DNA of 64,000 nucleotides from Octopus sinensis (lineage: Eukaryota). Location of the stretch: positions 72,726,001 to 72,790,000 of the forward strand of contig NC_043006.1 in assembly GCF_006345805.1 (NCBI RefSeq), written 5' to 3'. Below, piece by piece: positions 63,720-64,000 of the stretch. The notes beneath the pieces were generated by a model that was given only the letters and a program-made list of their open reading frames with translations, was not told the DNA's origin and did no database searches. The translations under genes and the position numbers were made by a program. The first letter of the stretch is position 1, and every line of letters begins with the position of its first letter.

Positions 63720-63950
63720 GGTGGGGAAAAATTTAGTTATTGGATCTCCAGTAGATCCAGTTGTATGAAAGCAGTACAGGTAGGCATGTTGGAGGAAGGG
63801 AAATTTAAAGTATTAGAGATGCTTGTTGTTAGTGTCTTTCACTGTTATTTTGTGACATTGGAAGTGGATGCAATTGGGTGGTAGTTGGTAGAGTATGAGG
63901 AATTGCCTTCAAGGGAATGGGACACACTGTAGCATGTTTAAAAAAAAAGC
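63720..63950 (-). mobile_element. CR1/L2-type RT fragment
   Basis: Minus strand KHATVCPIPLKGNSSYSTNYHPIASTSNVTK resembles the WK.A.V.P.PKKG....NYRPI.LTS motif. Confidence 0.55.
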
Positions 63951-64000
63951 AGACTAGAATGAGGAAAAGAAAGACTAAAGAATCTGATCCAGTAACTTTG

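Overview
AT-rich, microsatellite- and retroposon-dense animal genomic DNA. The repeat landscape looks octopod-cephalopod-like, which is an inference from sequence style only. Two convergent protein-coding genes are partly visible. (1) On +, the 3' half of a d4/DPF-family BAF subunit: four double-PHD exons at 7096-14914, plus an upstream phase-compatible terminal exon (6497-6690) encoding a C2H2 finger and an AT-hook instead of the PHD fingers. (2) On -, an unrecognised three-exon ORF (35385-26138, about 320 aa) built from about 8 copies of an R-V-x-P-E-A-x3-A-x3-K-G-x2-M-x2-L-L-like repeat. Mobile elements include a full-length but disrupted Ty3/Gypsy element (44190-48385) with a -1 frameshift pseudoknot and a primer-binding site complementary to the 5' end of tRNA-Phe. 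Also present are a 5'-truncated Neptune-like Penelope retroelement with a U3-A8 variant hammerhead ribozyme, three further hammerhead motifs, a DD36E Tc1 element, mariner and piggyBac-like MITEs, CR1/L2/RTE LINE remnants and many SINEs. All calls were made by eye; no database searches or folding programs were run.
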